Source of the DNA: Felis catus
Lineage: Eukaryota
Assembly: GCF_018350175.1 (NCBI RefSeq)
Contig: NC_058382.1
Span: 59,398,001 to 59,462,000 of the forward strand
Direction of reading: 5' to 3'
Length of the DNA stretch: 64,000 nt
In this document: piece by piece, positions 23,966 through 36,545 of the stretch
Numbering within the stretch: the stretch's first letter is position 1
Layout of the letters: each line of letters starts with the position of its first letter
The notes under the pieces: generated by a model
What the model was told of the DNA's origin: nothing
The model's database searches: none
What the model saw: only the letters and a program-made list of their open reading frames with translations
Translations under genes and position numbers: made by a program

Positions 23966-25319
23966 GACAGAGTGGTCTCCACCATTACCGGTGTGATCAG
24001 GGCTGTTGCAATATTCCAGCAACTTGCTGTTGATTCATTTGGAGTTTGCAGCTTGTTCCACAGTTGAGCCCACTCACCCTGATCTAATACTGTGGCAACT
24101 GGTCCTTTCAACTTAAATACAGGACTTTCTACTTATTTGCATTGACATGTCTGAACCCTTATCCTGGTGATCCTGTAATGATCATAGCTGGGGCCACACT
24201 TATTCTTGAAGTTTACATTTTCTGGCCTTCCAAACTTTCAAGCATTCAAGAAAATGCTATCAAGCACCCAGTATGTGCAGGACAGGGGCAGAGGCGTCCA
24301 GTGGAGAAAGCCTCCCGTGTGTGTTCTGCCCAAATGGAGGGGGCCTCTCCCACAGGGTTCCCACCCCACAGTTATCCTAGCCAGCGGGGCCACGGCAGCG
24401 AGTTGGAAAACCGGAAGATGGTTCGCCGAAGTGAAGAGTCGTTCGTGCAAGTGCAAAATCAGGGCAAGCAAACAGAGGCGACAGTGAGAGGCTACTAGTG
24501 TTCTCAGCTACGATGAGCGACCATCACAGCACAGAGACAGAGCGGAGAAAATCTGACCCCCGCAGCCAGCTCTGCTGGAAGCCTCCGGTCTGTGGCCACC
24601 TGCCACGACAGCCCCAGGGCACTCGCATGCACTCTAAGCAGGTTCAGTCTTCGAGGTCCCCCCAACCCTTGATGGGCAAGGCGTGTGGCTTTGGAAACCA
24701 GGCAGCACACCCAATTTGGGGGTGGGGTCAGCTAATGGCCATGAGCCACAAACCTGCAGGGGAGCCCTGGCTCCAGTGGCCGGGGGCTGTGGTCTCGGGG
24801 GGGGGATGAGCAGCTCCGTGGCCAGAAGCTGAATGGGGATTCTGGAAACAAGAGTGGCGCAGAAGGTTAGGATTTCCCCTCGTCCCTGCCTGTCCAGGAA
24901 ATAGAACCACGAAGCCCAGAGGATGGTGAAAGCAAAGGCATCTTGAGGCCTGCGCTGTGCACATGCTGCCACACAGACACCCCCCCCCCTGCACACAATT
25001 CGTGCACACCCTCAGCCACGTGCACCAGCTGCCCACCAGCTGTGCAGACAGACACCAGGGGTCATGGGAGGCCAGGCTGCAAATTCAAACAAGAACTGAG
25101 TAGGTCTGAGCAGAGACCACCGCACATAGCTGGGAAGGACAGGTTTCAGAACTGAAGTCCAAGCAAACTACTAAAGTAAAATACTAAAGTCCAACAAAAC
25201 TACTAAAACAAAATAAAATAAACCATTATCTGAAATGTAATTCCAAATCTGCATTCGCTATAATACAGTATCTAAAAAGCCCAGCACCATGGAGGGGCCC
25301 GCACTCATGTGGCAGTGGA

Positions 25320-25580
25320 CTGAGGCTTCCTGCCCACAGCCACACGAGAAGCTGTCTCAGAAGCAGACTCCAGCCCTGGTTGGGCCTTCACATGACACAG
25401 ACACCCTGACGACCATCCCGATTACCATCTCCTGAGAGACCCTGAACCGGAGGTACCAGAGGAGGAGCTGAGCTGCTCCAAATTCCCTTGGAAACTGTGG
25501 GAGATGGGAAATGTTTGGGGTTGTATTAAGTGGCTATGCTTTAGGGATAATTTGTTACACAGCAATAGATAACCAACACA
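25320..25580 (+). mobile_element. MaLR LTR (MLT1) 3' portion
   Basis: GAGAGACCCTGAACC...GGGATAATTTGTTACACAGCAATAGATAACCAACACA terminus. Confidence 0.7.
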
Positions 25581-25764
25581 TCTGGCTGCTGCAATGGGGA
25601 TGGGGGGGGGGGGGGTGAGAGGGAGGGCAGTTTTCCCCTTCAGTGCCGGAGATGTGGAATCTCTAGAAAAATCTCAGTTCCACACACATGTCTGGGGCTC
25701 CTTGACCCACAGAAATAGTATGTTGGTGAACGTAATATTCTAAACATTAAAAAAAAAAGTCACC

Positions 25765-26533
25765 AAGAAACAACAAGTGTTGGCAAGGATGAGGAGAAAG
25801 GGGAACCTTCTTGTGCTGTTAGTGGGAATGCAAACTGGGACAGCTGCTCTGTAGAACAGTGTGGAGGTTCCTCAAACATTTAAAAATAGAACTACCTATG
25901 ATCCAGTAATCATACTACCGGGTATTTACCCAAAGAATACAAAGATACTCATTTGAAGGGATACATGTATCCTTCAATTGGATACAATTGGATACAAAAT
26001 GGATACAATACATGTATCCAACAACCCCCAATTGTTTACAGCAGCATTATCGACAACAGCCACATTATGGAAGCAGCCTGTGTGCACTGACTATTGAATG
26101 GATAAAGAAGATGTGGTGTATAAAAAATGGAATACGACTCAGTCATAAAAAAGAATGAAATCTTGCCATTTTGCAACAACACGGATGGAACTAGAGTATA
26201 TTATACTAAGTGAAATAAGTCAGAGAAAGACCAATACCATATGGTCTCACTCACACATGGAATTTAGGAAACAAATGAGCAAAGGGGGAAAAAAAAGAGA
26301 GACAAACCAAGAAGCAGACTCCTAACTCCAGAGAACACACTGATGGTCACCAGAGGGGAGGTGGGGTGGGGGGACAGGGGACACAGGTGATGGGGACAAA
26401 GGAGGGCATCTGTCATGGTGAGCACCTAGTGTCATTTGGACGTGTTGAATCACTATATTGTAGGCCTGAAACTAATATTACACTATATGTTAACTAGCCA
26501 GAATTTAAGTGAAAAAAATAAATGAATAAAAAG
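25765..26533 (+). mobile_element. 5'-truncated carnivore-lineage L1 (ORF2 end + 3' UTR)
   Basis: AACAACAAGTGTTGGCAAGGATG...GGAGGTTCCTCAAA...AAGAATGAAATCTTGCCATTT...CCTGAAACTAATATTACACTATATGTTAACTA plus A tail; probable TSD A(n)GTCACC / A(n)TCACC on either side. Confidence 0.9.
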
Positions 26534-27530
26534 TAAAAAAATCACCCACTGTTAACCTCAATTTGCTCTTTCAAGTTTGAAGATTTTTTTTTTCGTTTCT
26601 ACACAAAACATTCGCAGCGGGATCCCCTAGAACTCCCTCTGTGTGGATGGAAACAGTGGGGCTGCAGATGTAAAGTGAACCAGAGATCGATTCTGGTGTC
26701 CATCAGTGAAGTGAACACAGCCCAGCCCCAAAAGGATTCCATGCTCGGGTGGGCCCATGTTCAAGGAGGAGGCTACCATTAAATGTGGTGCTAATTAGCT
26801 CCCTTGTGTGATTGTCCAGGAGTAAGCAGGGATGGAGGGCAAGAGAATTTGGGCTCCACCAGGCAAATATTTAGAACGTGTGCACAAGCATAGCTGTGAA
26901 GAACCCAGAGGGAAGCCAACAAGGTGCTAAGTGAGCTGAGGGCCAGGGAAAGGGCCGTCGCTCTGGACAGGACTGTATGTGCCAAACAGGAGGCCACCAG
27001 CAAGCACTGAGCTCCCAACGAGAGCCCCAAGGCCAGAGTGTCCCTTCTCACGCTGTGTCCAAGGGGCACTGGGTGCAGGTGCAGAAGCGCACTTGCAGGG
27101 ACACGGAGTGAGCACTGCAGTGGGTCTGATGAGAGCATCAGCGTCAGCATCGGCGGCCGCACGCCCCCTGCAACCCCGAGAACGGTACTATTATTCTTCC
27201 CATTGCCAATGAAGAGACAGGGCACCAGGACCGTTGGGCGACTGGTCTAAGGTCACACGGCTGGTGAGTCTATTGGAAGCAGCATCCACAGCCCCGTGTC
27301 TCAGCTACCACGGTGTACCTTCTGCCACGGTTAGTGAAGAACGTGCCCGCAGGGATTCCCTCTGTATTTCTGTCATACCAGTGCTCACGATTCTGGCATC
27401 AAGTCTCTCGCTGTTAAATGTCATGTTACAGCCCATTAAAAAGTCCTCAGGAAAACAGAGGGCTGGAGACTTATATGCCGTATGGAGTGCACGAAGGATG
27501 TTCTGCCTCTCTCCTTCTTCCTCTCTTCTT

Positions 27531-27570
27531 CTCTGTCTCTGTCTCTGTCTCTGTCTCTGTCTCTGTGTCT
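27531..27570. repeat. (CTCTGT)n microsatellite
   Basis: Direct hexamer repeats. Confidence 0.9.
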
Positions 27571-29367
27571 TTCTCCTTCCTTTTCAAACATCAGCTAATC
27601 CCACTCAAGGGAAAACAGTCTGCTTGGATGGGAAAGTGGCTGCTGGGCTCACAGCTTCCTGAGCTGCTTCTCACATGGTTCCCTCCAAGGCAATAGTGCA
27701 TTCAATGGTCCTTACTTGATTTCTTTCTTTTAACTAGTTTTGAGCAAGTGCAAGTCTTACTTACATGATAGAAAATGCAAAAAGAGCCAAGCACCCAGCA
27801 GCAAACTCTCTCCCCACTGGTCCCCAATCACCCCAGTTGTTCCCACCTCCATTCTGGAAAGTCCTTTTCTACCAAAAGGTAGCTGGTCATCCAGGAATAA
27901 TTCCACATCAAGGTTTTCCCACTTTACAACGAATCTCAGAGAAGTGAGTCTCCACAAGTGAAGAGGGTAGCATGTGGCGGGGATGCCACGTTTGTCGCCA
28001 CCACGACCAGCGTCACCCAGCCCTCCCGAGTCAGGACACAAGGGAGGCCCTCTCTCGTCCCAAGCTGCACGTTCCTCCGCTGTGCGGACAGATCATGCTT
28101 CAAATGACAGATCATTAACTGACACCCTGGCTGCTTCCCATCCTGTAAGGCTGCAGACGACCACGTGACACCCACGACGTGCACAAATCCAGTCCCGGGA
28201 TAACAGTCCAAGGGGGATGGCTGAGAATAGGGTGTGCCAGCTGTCATTTCCAGAAAAATCTCCCCAGAGAAGCTGGCCCAAGTGTCACCCGCCACAGCAC
28301 AGCATGACGTGAGGGTCCCTGCACTCAGATGTATCGCAGGCACTCTCATGCGTGCCTCACCCAGCACCTGCCTCCTCCGTCCAGCGCCCGCCTCCTCCGT
28401 CCAGCACCGTGCAAGCCAAGGGGCTGGCTCTGCCCCATCGCTGCACCTGCGCCAGGTCCTCCCAGCTCCCACTCTGTCCTCAGCACCACCATCGTGCCAT
28501 GCTGAAGCCTGCGGGCACCAGATGTCTGCAGGCCCTCCTCCGCGGTCCTCTCTCCTTCCCCTCCACCTCCCATTGACCTATCCCGGTCCAGCCTCCCTCC
28601 CTCTTGACTGGACCGCGCCATTACTCAGCACTCCCTCAACAGCGCAGGGCCATGCGGAAGCCTAAAGGGAGAACGGCCGGAGGATCTGTGCAGAAGCAGG
28701 CTCAGAACGGGGGTGACCCAGTCCACTGACAGGACCCAAAGAGTCTGCTCACACCCAGTGAAGTGGGACTGGCTGCAGGGGGAGCAGCCAACTGGGCCGA
28801 CGAGGTGAGGGGAGCGAGGCCGCTGCCACCCTCGGGGCCACGCAATGTGAGTCAGCACCTGTGAGCGGGACCACGTTCGATTTGTGTTCTGGGTGCCTCT
28901 CTGGCCTCACTCCAGGCCCCACCCTGGGACCCACGGCCCAGTGACGTTTGCAGATGGGTGTCAGGGTGCGACGTGGCCCAGCTGCTCTGGGGCGAGCAGT
29001 GACAGAGGCTCTTTCTCCTTTTCTGCATCCCCGAGGCTGTGAACTCTGGAAGCCGGACCCTGTTCTTGAGGATCCGAGAAGGACACTGGGGAAGATTCTA
29101 GACAAAGAGCCCCTCACAGACTGTCACATGTGTTTTCTTTAGGGGGTGGAGGAAACATAGGGTCGGGCACTAACAAGGAAATGTGGGGTTGGTCCCCAAG
29201 CAGGTGTGCGATCTTGGGCAAGCTGCTTCTCCCCAGGCCTGTTTCCCCAGATGCAGAAGGGTGGCCACACTAGCTCAGAGGGTCTCCCTGAGCACCATGT
29301 GTGTCTCCTCAGCCCTGCTCTTCCCTGCTCCCACCCACGAAGGCCGCCTGTCCCCTGGGGCTCGCCT

Positions 29368-29705
29368 CCCATGGCTGCTATGACAAATCACCACAGACCG
29401 AATGGCTTCACAACACCCTGCGGTTCTGCAAGCCAGGAGTTCAAACCAAGTCTCCCTGGGTCAGAGTCAAGGTGTTGACGGGGCTGGTTCCTTCCAGAGG
29501 CTCAGGGCAGATCCATTTCCCGCCCCTTCAAGCCCCTAAGCTGGCGGCCACATCCTCCAGTCTCCGCCCCCCCCCCAAATCATTGTCCCTCTCCCTCCAT
29601 CCATGACACCCATGATTGCATCTGGGTCCTCCAGGATCAGCCCCGTCTCAAGATCCTGAACTTAATCACATCTGCCAAGTCCTGTCACCAGATGAGGTCA
29701 CCTCT
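29368..29705 (-). mobile_element. MaLR LTR (MLT1C/D-like), internally deleted
   Basis: GCTGCTATGACAAATCACCACAGAC...TCAAGGTGTTGACGGGGCTGGTTCCTTCCAGAGGCTC...TCTCAAGATCCTGAACTTAATCACATCTGCCAAGTCC. Confidence 0.75.
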
Positions 29706-31899
29706 GGGGGGGTCCTCGCACACCCTCCCTCACCGTGGGCTTCAGCGAGCTGTCCTGGAGAAAGGGACCCAAAAGATCTTCCCTAAAACAACCTCCCGGG
29801 CCGGGATCCACTCTGCCACAAACGGGCTCGTGCTCTGGGGCCACCGCCAGGACCCACATCGGTTGAGGTGCAGTCTGGTCATTGCAGTGTGGAGAGAGAC
29901 GCTGGGCCCCTCTCAACCACAGCAGGAGTGGGGCTGCTTATTTTCATTATCAGAGAAGCTTGTTCAGCCTCTGTGTCTCAGAGGGAACCCTCGGGGCAGC
30001 TAGAGCTCAGGCCTTCCCAAACCCCATGTCCAGGCCCACTCAGCCCCCACAACGGCCCTCCTTTTCTAGAGGCAGAAACTGGTCTCAGAAGATCTGACAC
30101 CTCTGGCCTCTTGATTCCCACCAGGGATCCTGGGGACCAAGGCAGACAGGAGTCTGTAAGACTGGGCTGCACCAGGGGGTCAAGGGGGACAGCCAGAGAG
30201 GACAGCCCTCCCTTCCTGGGTCGGAGCTCAGGTCACTCAGGGGTCAGAACCACCCCCATCACGGCCTTGCTTCACGGCTACTCCCAGTGGGCCGGCCTCC
30301 AGGACGGAGGTGGGCCAAGGCTGAGTTCCAGACCCCACAGGGAGGTCTGCTCTCCCCAACCACCACCCCCAACCCCCCGTGACACGGAAAGTTCACACCC
30401 AGCAGGGACCTGGCCCTGAGGCCAGCCACAGGGACATCTGAGAGCAGGCCAGGGGCTTTCATGCACCCAGGGCCCTCCCGCCAGCCTCGGTCAGCTGTCC
30501 CTCCCACATTCCAGGTCCCCTGACCACCAGGACAGCTGCGGGTCAAGAGGTGGCCTCTGAATGCCTGCCTCAGTTTGCCTTTTCGGCCAGTGCCCTTTGT
30601 GGCGGTCTTGCTGAACATGCCTCCGAGCATTCTGAGGCCAGAACCAGCAGCACCCCCCGGAAATCCTCTCCCAAGGGTAGGCAAGGACTGCCCTCTCTGC
30701 CCTCGGGGGCACCAGCAGCTGACTGTTTACACGCGAGTTGTTGGGGCCTTTACCTCAACTCCAGCACCCTGCCCGGGAACACGGACAGGGAACACGGACC
30801 AAATGTGTGACGTGGATGAGACACCAAGGCTGGGGCAAGGTGCCGGTGGAAGCTTCTGGAGGCCACACGGTTGCTCCTCCATCTCCCGGACACAGAGCCC
30901 ACTCCTCCTCAGCATCCAGCCCACCGGCTCCTCCCGGGCTCAGAGAGTCACAGCCACATCTCTCCAGCCACCTGGGGAGACACAGCAGTGCCATCACCCC
31001 TGGCCGGGAAAATCAACCCAGCACCCCAGCCAACAGTTGCTTCTGGGAGCCTGGGCTTCTGAACTTCCATCTCAGAGGGCAGCACGAGCTGGTCCACGCC
31101 ATCTCGGGACCAGAGCGCCGGATCCCTCCCAGGCTGACGCATCATCACCATCTCAACTTCCCCGAACAGGGTAACCGACAAACATACGGAAGCACTAAAG
31201 CTGGGGCTTCATGCCCATGCGCCCTGCTTAAAACGCACCGTCCGCCATCGGGTTTGGAGAAGAAAAGCGGCAGCGGAGGAGAGCGTTTTCACCGCGGAGT
31301 CCCAGGTCACCAAAAACAGAACCCAAACCCAATTAAAACACGTGTTGAGATTCTATTTGTTTCTAATGAGTCATCTTGAGACTGGGAAGGAAGAATTCCT
31401 CTGGATTCCTCGGTTAGGGACAAGAAGAAACAGACAAGAACCCCTGGCGAGTATCACCAATGAAAGAGAAGCGAACACAGAAATAAAAAGCGTTGAGGAC
31501 AGAAAAGGGAAATCACATCCACAGGGAGATTTTAAGTCTTTACAGAGTCCTACGTACAACTTTTATGGTTTTTTCCCCTTCATACAACTTTCTCACTCAA
31601 GTTCGAAATGTAGATGAAATTGGGAAGTTTACTTAGAAGTATAAATGGCCCACTCTGGCCGAAGGAGACTTCCTGAGGACCAGACCCTGGACGCGCCCTG
31701 TGTGCTTTCGTCACACGGCTGCCACCCCACTGAGCCCCGTGCCGCTGAAGGCAAAGGAGGGTGTGTGTCGTATGCCGCAGGCTGCAGGGTCACACGCTGC
31801 CCTCCGTGTGCGGTTCCCACCCTGGGATCCCCTAGTGGGCATTCAGGAAGGCTTCCGGAAGCCTGGGCATGTACTGTGCAGACTTAGGAGCCTATGCGG

Positions 31900-33065
31900 C
31901 TCCCGCAGCTGCTGTAAGAAATGACCACAAACTGTGTGGCTTAAAACATATTTGTCACCCCACAGCCCTGGGGGTCACAGGTCCTAAAGTCACCCCCCAG
32001 GTCTGGGGGCCACAAGTCCTAAAGTCACCCCCAGCTCTGGGGGCCACAGGTCCTAAAGTCACCCACAGCTCTGGGGGTCACAAGTCCTAAAGTCACTCTC
32101 CACCTCTGGGGTCACAGGTCCTAAAGTCACCCCCCAGGTCTGGGGGCCAAATGTCCTAAAGTCACCCCCCAGCTCTGGGGGCCACAGGTCCTAAAGTCAC
32201 CCCCCAGCTCTGGGGGCCACAGGTCCTAAAGTCACCCACAGCTCTGGGGGTCACAGGTCCTAAAGTCACCCCCCTGGTCTGGGGGCCACAGGTCCTAAAG
32301 TCACCCACAGCTCTGGGGGTCACAAGTCCTAAAGTCACCCCCAGCTCTGGGGGCCACAGGTCCTAAAGTCACCCACAGCTCTGGGGGTCACAGGTCCTAA
32401 AGTCACCCCCAGCTCTGGGGGCCACAGGTCCTAAAGTCACCCACAGCCCTGGGGGTCACAGGTCCTAAAGTCACTCTCTAGCTCTGGGGGTCACAGGTCC
32501 TAAAGTCACCCCCCAGTTCTGGGGGTCACAGGTCCTAAAGTCACCCCCCGGTTCTGGGGGTCACAGGTCCTAAAGTCACCCACAGCCCTGGGGGTCACAG
32601 GTCCTAAAGTCACCCACAGCCCTGGGGGGTCACAGGTCCTAAAGTCACCCCCAGCTCTGAGGGCCACAGGTCCTAAAGTCACTCTCCACCTGTGGGGTCA
32701 CAAGTCCTAAAGTCACCCCCCAGGTCTGGGGGTCACAGGTCCTGAAGTCTGGGTGTCAACAGCACTGTGCTCCTTCTGGAGCTTGCCCTACTAGCCTCTA
32801 GAGGTGCCCAGGTCCCTCATTGGCGGTTTCTCCAACAAGGGCGGCACTCTGACCTGTGCTTCCAGACCCCATCCCCTTCTTTCCTCACCCCCTCCCTCCT
32901 TGCAAGGACTCTGTGATCACATTGGTCCCGCCTGGATCATCCAGGATCGTCCCCCATCCCAAGATCCAAAGGGATCACATTTGAGAAGTGCCTTTTACCA
33001 CGTTAAGTCACATTTTCACAGGCTTTGGGCTTAGGACAGAGACGAGCTCAGGGGCCTTATTGTGT
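31900..33065 (-). mobile_element. MaLR LTR (MLT1C/D-like) containing an internal minisatellite
   Basis: Left part GCTGCTGTAAGAAATGACCACAAACTGTGTGGCTTAAAACA; right part GGTGTCAACAGCACTG...CCTTCTGGAG...TGTGATCACATTGG...ATCCAGGAT...TCACATTTTCACAGG. Confidence 0.75.
31954..32749. repeat. ~34-bp minisatellite (GTCACCCMCAGCTCTGGGGGTCACAGGTCCTAAA), ~23 units
   Basis: Direct tandem units of 33-35 bp with no unique spacers. Confidence 0.97.
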
Positions 33066-33169
33066 CTATAGCTCAAAGACAACCACACGATTCTTTGGCA
33101 GACACACCACAGTCTGCCCAGCTCACTGAAGTGGTCTGGGACAGAGACACGGAAAACCTTCGGGGTAAT

Positions 33170-33570
33170 GACCGGGTGAGCAAAGTGTGGTCTCTACACA
33201 CAGCGGAGTATCTTTCGGCCTGAAGAAAGGAAATTCTGACACCAGCCACAACATGGATGAACCCTGAGGACATCATCATGCTCAGTGAAATAAGTCCATC
33301 AGAAACAACAAATACTACACGACTCCGCTTACTGGAAGAGTCGAGTTCAGCAGGACAGACAGTAGATGGTGGGTGCCAGGGGCTGGGGACAGCGGCTGGG
33401 CGGCCGAGAGGGACGGAGCTCCAGTTTGGGAAGGTGGAAGCCTTCTGGAGGCATATGGCGGGAACAGCCGCACAACACGAGTGTACTTCATGCCCCTGAG
33501 CTGCACGCTTCAAAATGGCTATCATGGAAAATTGCGTGTTATGTGTGTTTTACCCCCATTTTTTAAAAAA
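33170..33570 (+). mobile_element. L1MB-like 3' end
   Basis: AGGAAATTCTGACAC...ACAACATGGATGAACCCTGAGGACATC...CTCAGTGAAATAAGTC...TGCCAGGGGCTGGGG. Confidence 0.75.
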
Positions 33571-33896
33571 GAAGAACAAAAGGTATTTGGGGAGCAGAGG
33601 AACATGGCAGCCCTCCCCGCCTACACCTCCCTGAACCCTCAAGTGCACGAGTTCCTGGCCAGGGCCGGGAGCCCGACTGCAGGGAGTGTGCAGGAGAAAG
33701 TGTTGGTCAGAAGCTGGCGTGTGGGCCAGCAGCCTGAGCTCTCAGCTACCCTCTGCCACCAACTGTGTGACCTCCAGCAGGTCACTTAAGCACTCTCGTC
33801 TCCACTCTCCCTGTGTGAGAAGAGGTAGAACCACCTGGCAGCCAGTGGTGCTGTTACTTCAGCCAGATTGGTTCCTCTGTGTTCACAAGCTACATC

Positions 33897-34054
33897 CACA
33901 CACAGGAGACCCGGGCCCTCCTCCTTTCCAGCCCGCGTTCTCGGTCCCCACACACAGGGGACACCTGGGCCCTCCTCCTCTCCAGCCCAGGTTCTCGGTC
34001 CCCACACATAGGAGACCCGGGCCCTCCTTCTCTCCAGCCCACGTTCTCGGTCCC
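33897..34054. repeat. Three tandem 52-54-bp copies
   Basis: CACACACAGGAGACCCGGGCCCTCCTCCT...GTTCTCGGTCCC at 33897, 33949 and 34003. Confidence 0.92.
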
Positions 34055-34994
34055 TTCTCCACCCTGGGTTGCCACTTCTACATCTGCTACTGCCCTTGGC
34101 AGCATCTCGACAGCATCTCGGAGATTCTCTTTTGCTGAACCAGCAGCAAAAGGGCCACGTTGTCCTCAACTCCTAAGACAGGCAAACAAACCCACGATGA
34201 CCCTTGGGAGCACCCCCCCCCAAAGCCCGTAATGAGCAGGGTGACTTTTCCAGAAACAGCCTGCCTGGCCACCCCCGCTGCTGAGCACAGCAAGCCCCGC
34301 CGGCGACACGGGTCACAGTGGCGACATGGGTCCCTAATTCCCATTCACCACAGACTCCAGGAACACACAGATCCCGTGTGGAGGCCAGAGCCCCTCTGGG
34401 ACACCGGCTGCCAATTTCAGCTCAACCTCAAGACCCAGGGTACCGGGTCAGGCTCCCCACCAGGGCCCCTCTCTCTGGGATCATTGGTCCCGGCAAGCAC
34501 TAACGTCTCTTTGGGGTGGGAGGGAAGGTCTTCTCCCCTCTCCCAACCCATCCAGGACCTTCTGCCGCTCAGGTGCTCAGAACTCACAGGGAACCAGAGC
34601 TCTTGTCTTGTGGTCCGTGTCACCGCACAGTATCACTTAGGACCTGTCCCTTGTGGCAATAGCACTGCACCTCCAAGTTGGGTTTCCTGGAGGAGGAGAG
34701 GGCTGTGACATCTATTTTTATTGCTTCTGAGCTCCCCCCTCCTCCCCCTCCTGGATGGAGTAATGACTTCAGCTGAACTGAGGCTGCTGCCCTGGCCATC
34801 TGGCTCCAGGGGCCCAGCCGCGCCCCTCTCTGGCCTGAACCTAACTTGCAGGTTGGGGAGGTGACTGTCATCGGCCTGTCTGTGAAGGCAGGAGCAGCCC
34901 AGGCTCCCTGCCATCCTGGTTGCCCTTACTCGAAGCCACCAACCCACTAGAAGGGCGCAGGGAAGTCCTCCCAGAAAGGCAGAGCTATGCACCC

Positions 34995-35441
34995 TAGACA
35001 AAAGGTGAAAACAGCCCAGATGTCCATCCGCTGAGAAACGGATAAACCAAACGTGGAAATCCGCACAACGGAATACTATTCGTCCACAAAGGGAATGAAG
35101 AGCTCTTCGGGCCACAACATAGATGGGCCTTGCAAACATCATGTTCGGGGACAGACGCCAGACACGGAGACCATGCATGGCCTGACGTGAAGGGTCCGGA
35201 GCAGACAAATCCATGGAGTCAGAACACCGATTAGTCACGTTTAAGGCTGGGGGTGGGGAGGAAGAAAGGGAAAAGAGGGAGAAAGGGCTTCCTCTGAGGT
35301 GATGAAAATGTTCTAAAAGTGGCCGTGGTTATGGTTGCACCTATCCGCGAGTATGCCAAAAACACTAACTCATACCCATCGAATGAGTGACTGCATGGTA
35401 TGTGAATTACAGCTCAAAAGGCTGTTAAAAAAAAAAAAAAA
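34995..35441 (+). mobile_element. L1MB-like 3' end with poly(A)
   Basis: ACAGCCCAGATGTCCATC...GGATAAACCAAACGTGG...GGTGATGAAAATGTTCTAAAA...ATGGTATGTGAATTACAGCTCAAAAGGCTGTTAAAAAAA. Confidence 0.75.
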
Positions 35442-36333
35442 GGAAAAGAGACAGAAAAGAAGAAGAAGAAAGAAAGGCAGAGCTGGGGAAACCCAACTTC
35501 ACCAGGTACCGGCTGTGTGATCGAGGGCAGGTGACTAACCTCTCTGTGCATTAGCTTTATCCCCGAAAAGAATGGCTATTTAATGCCAACCGTTCTGTTA
35601 CCCAAGGATTAATTAGAGAAGGTGTGTGAAGACTTAGCAAGGTGTCCAGGGGTCAGGACACAAGCCCCTGTCTCCAGACCCCACGAATGGACCATACAGA
35701 GATCAGCATGTGTGGACAGACCATTTTACTATTGATAAAGCTCACTGGGGAACATGTTCTAGCTCGGCTGGTTTATGGAGAGGCTAATTGCACAGATTCA
35801 CCCAATGAGCAAAACCACAGGTCCCCTTGGGGTGGGGGTGGGGGTATCTGTCCTAATATGGGTCCTGGCATGGAGGGCCAGGAAGGGGTGCTTCCTGCTC
35901 TGTCGGGTCCCTCAGAGGAGGAGGGGACGCGCTGAGCCTGACCACGAGGAAGATCCAGTGATACGTGTCCCCACGGTCCATCAGTGTTTTTATGATTGTT
36001 ATAAAAAAATGAAGAACACGGCCAGTGCCTCGCATGCGTCAGGTGACCAGTTACTGGTTATTAATGCATTAACATAATCCCACATTTACATACGTGTGAG
36101 TACTGGGAAGATGCAGAGGTGTGGCCACCAAAGTGCCAGCAGCACATTACTCTGGGAGGTGGGGTTACAGAAGATTTTGTGTTCTTTGTGCTTCCCTGTC
36201 CTTCCCGTTTTTTCTGGTAAACGCCTATTCTCACGTTATGTTAAAGAAACGTCTCTTTGTGGGGTCTGCAGATTTGAGGACATGTTGCCTACCCTCAAAA
36301 GCTAAAAACTCTATCTAGGAAAAAGGTACTTCA

Positions 36334-36545
36334 GGGGCGCCTGGGTGGCCCCGTCGGTTAAGTGTCTGACTTCGGCTCAGGTCATGATCTCCTGGTTTGT
36401 GGGTTCGAGCCCCACGTCGGGCTCTGTGCTGACAGCTCAGAGCCTGGAGCTGCTTCGGATTCTGTGTCTCCCCCTCTCTCTGTCCCTTCCCCGCTCATGC
36501 TCTGTCTCTGTCTCTCAAAAATTAATAAACGTTAAAAAAATTTTT
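36334..36545 (+). mobile_element. Can-SINE, full length
   Basis: Canonical head and tail; degenerate TSD GAAAAAGGTACTTCA / GAGAAAGATACTTTA. Confidence 0.92.

Noticed and set aside
27690..28041. Possible minus-strand exon (GTAAGT donor near 27757-27763)
   Set aside because: No convincing acceptor or recognisable peptide; cannot be supported without RNA data
31954..32749. CRISPR-like array (34-bp partly palindromic repeats)
   Set aside because: Units are contiguous with no unique spacers, there are no cas genes, the context is mammalian and the unit derives from an LTR
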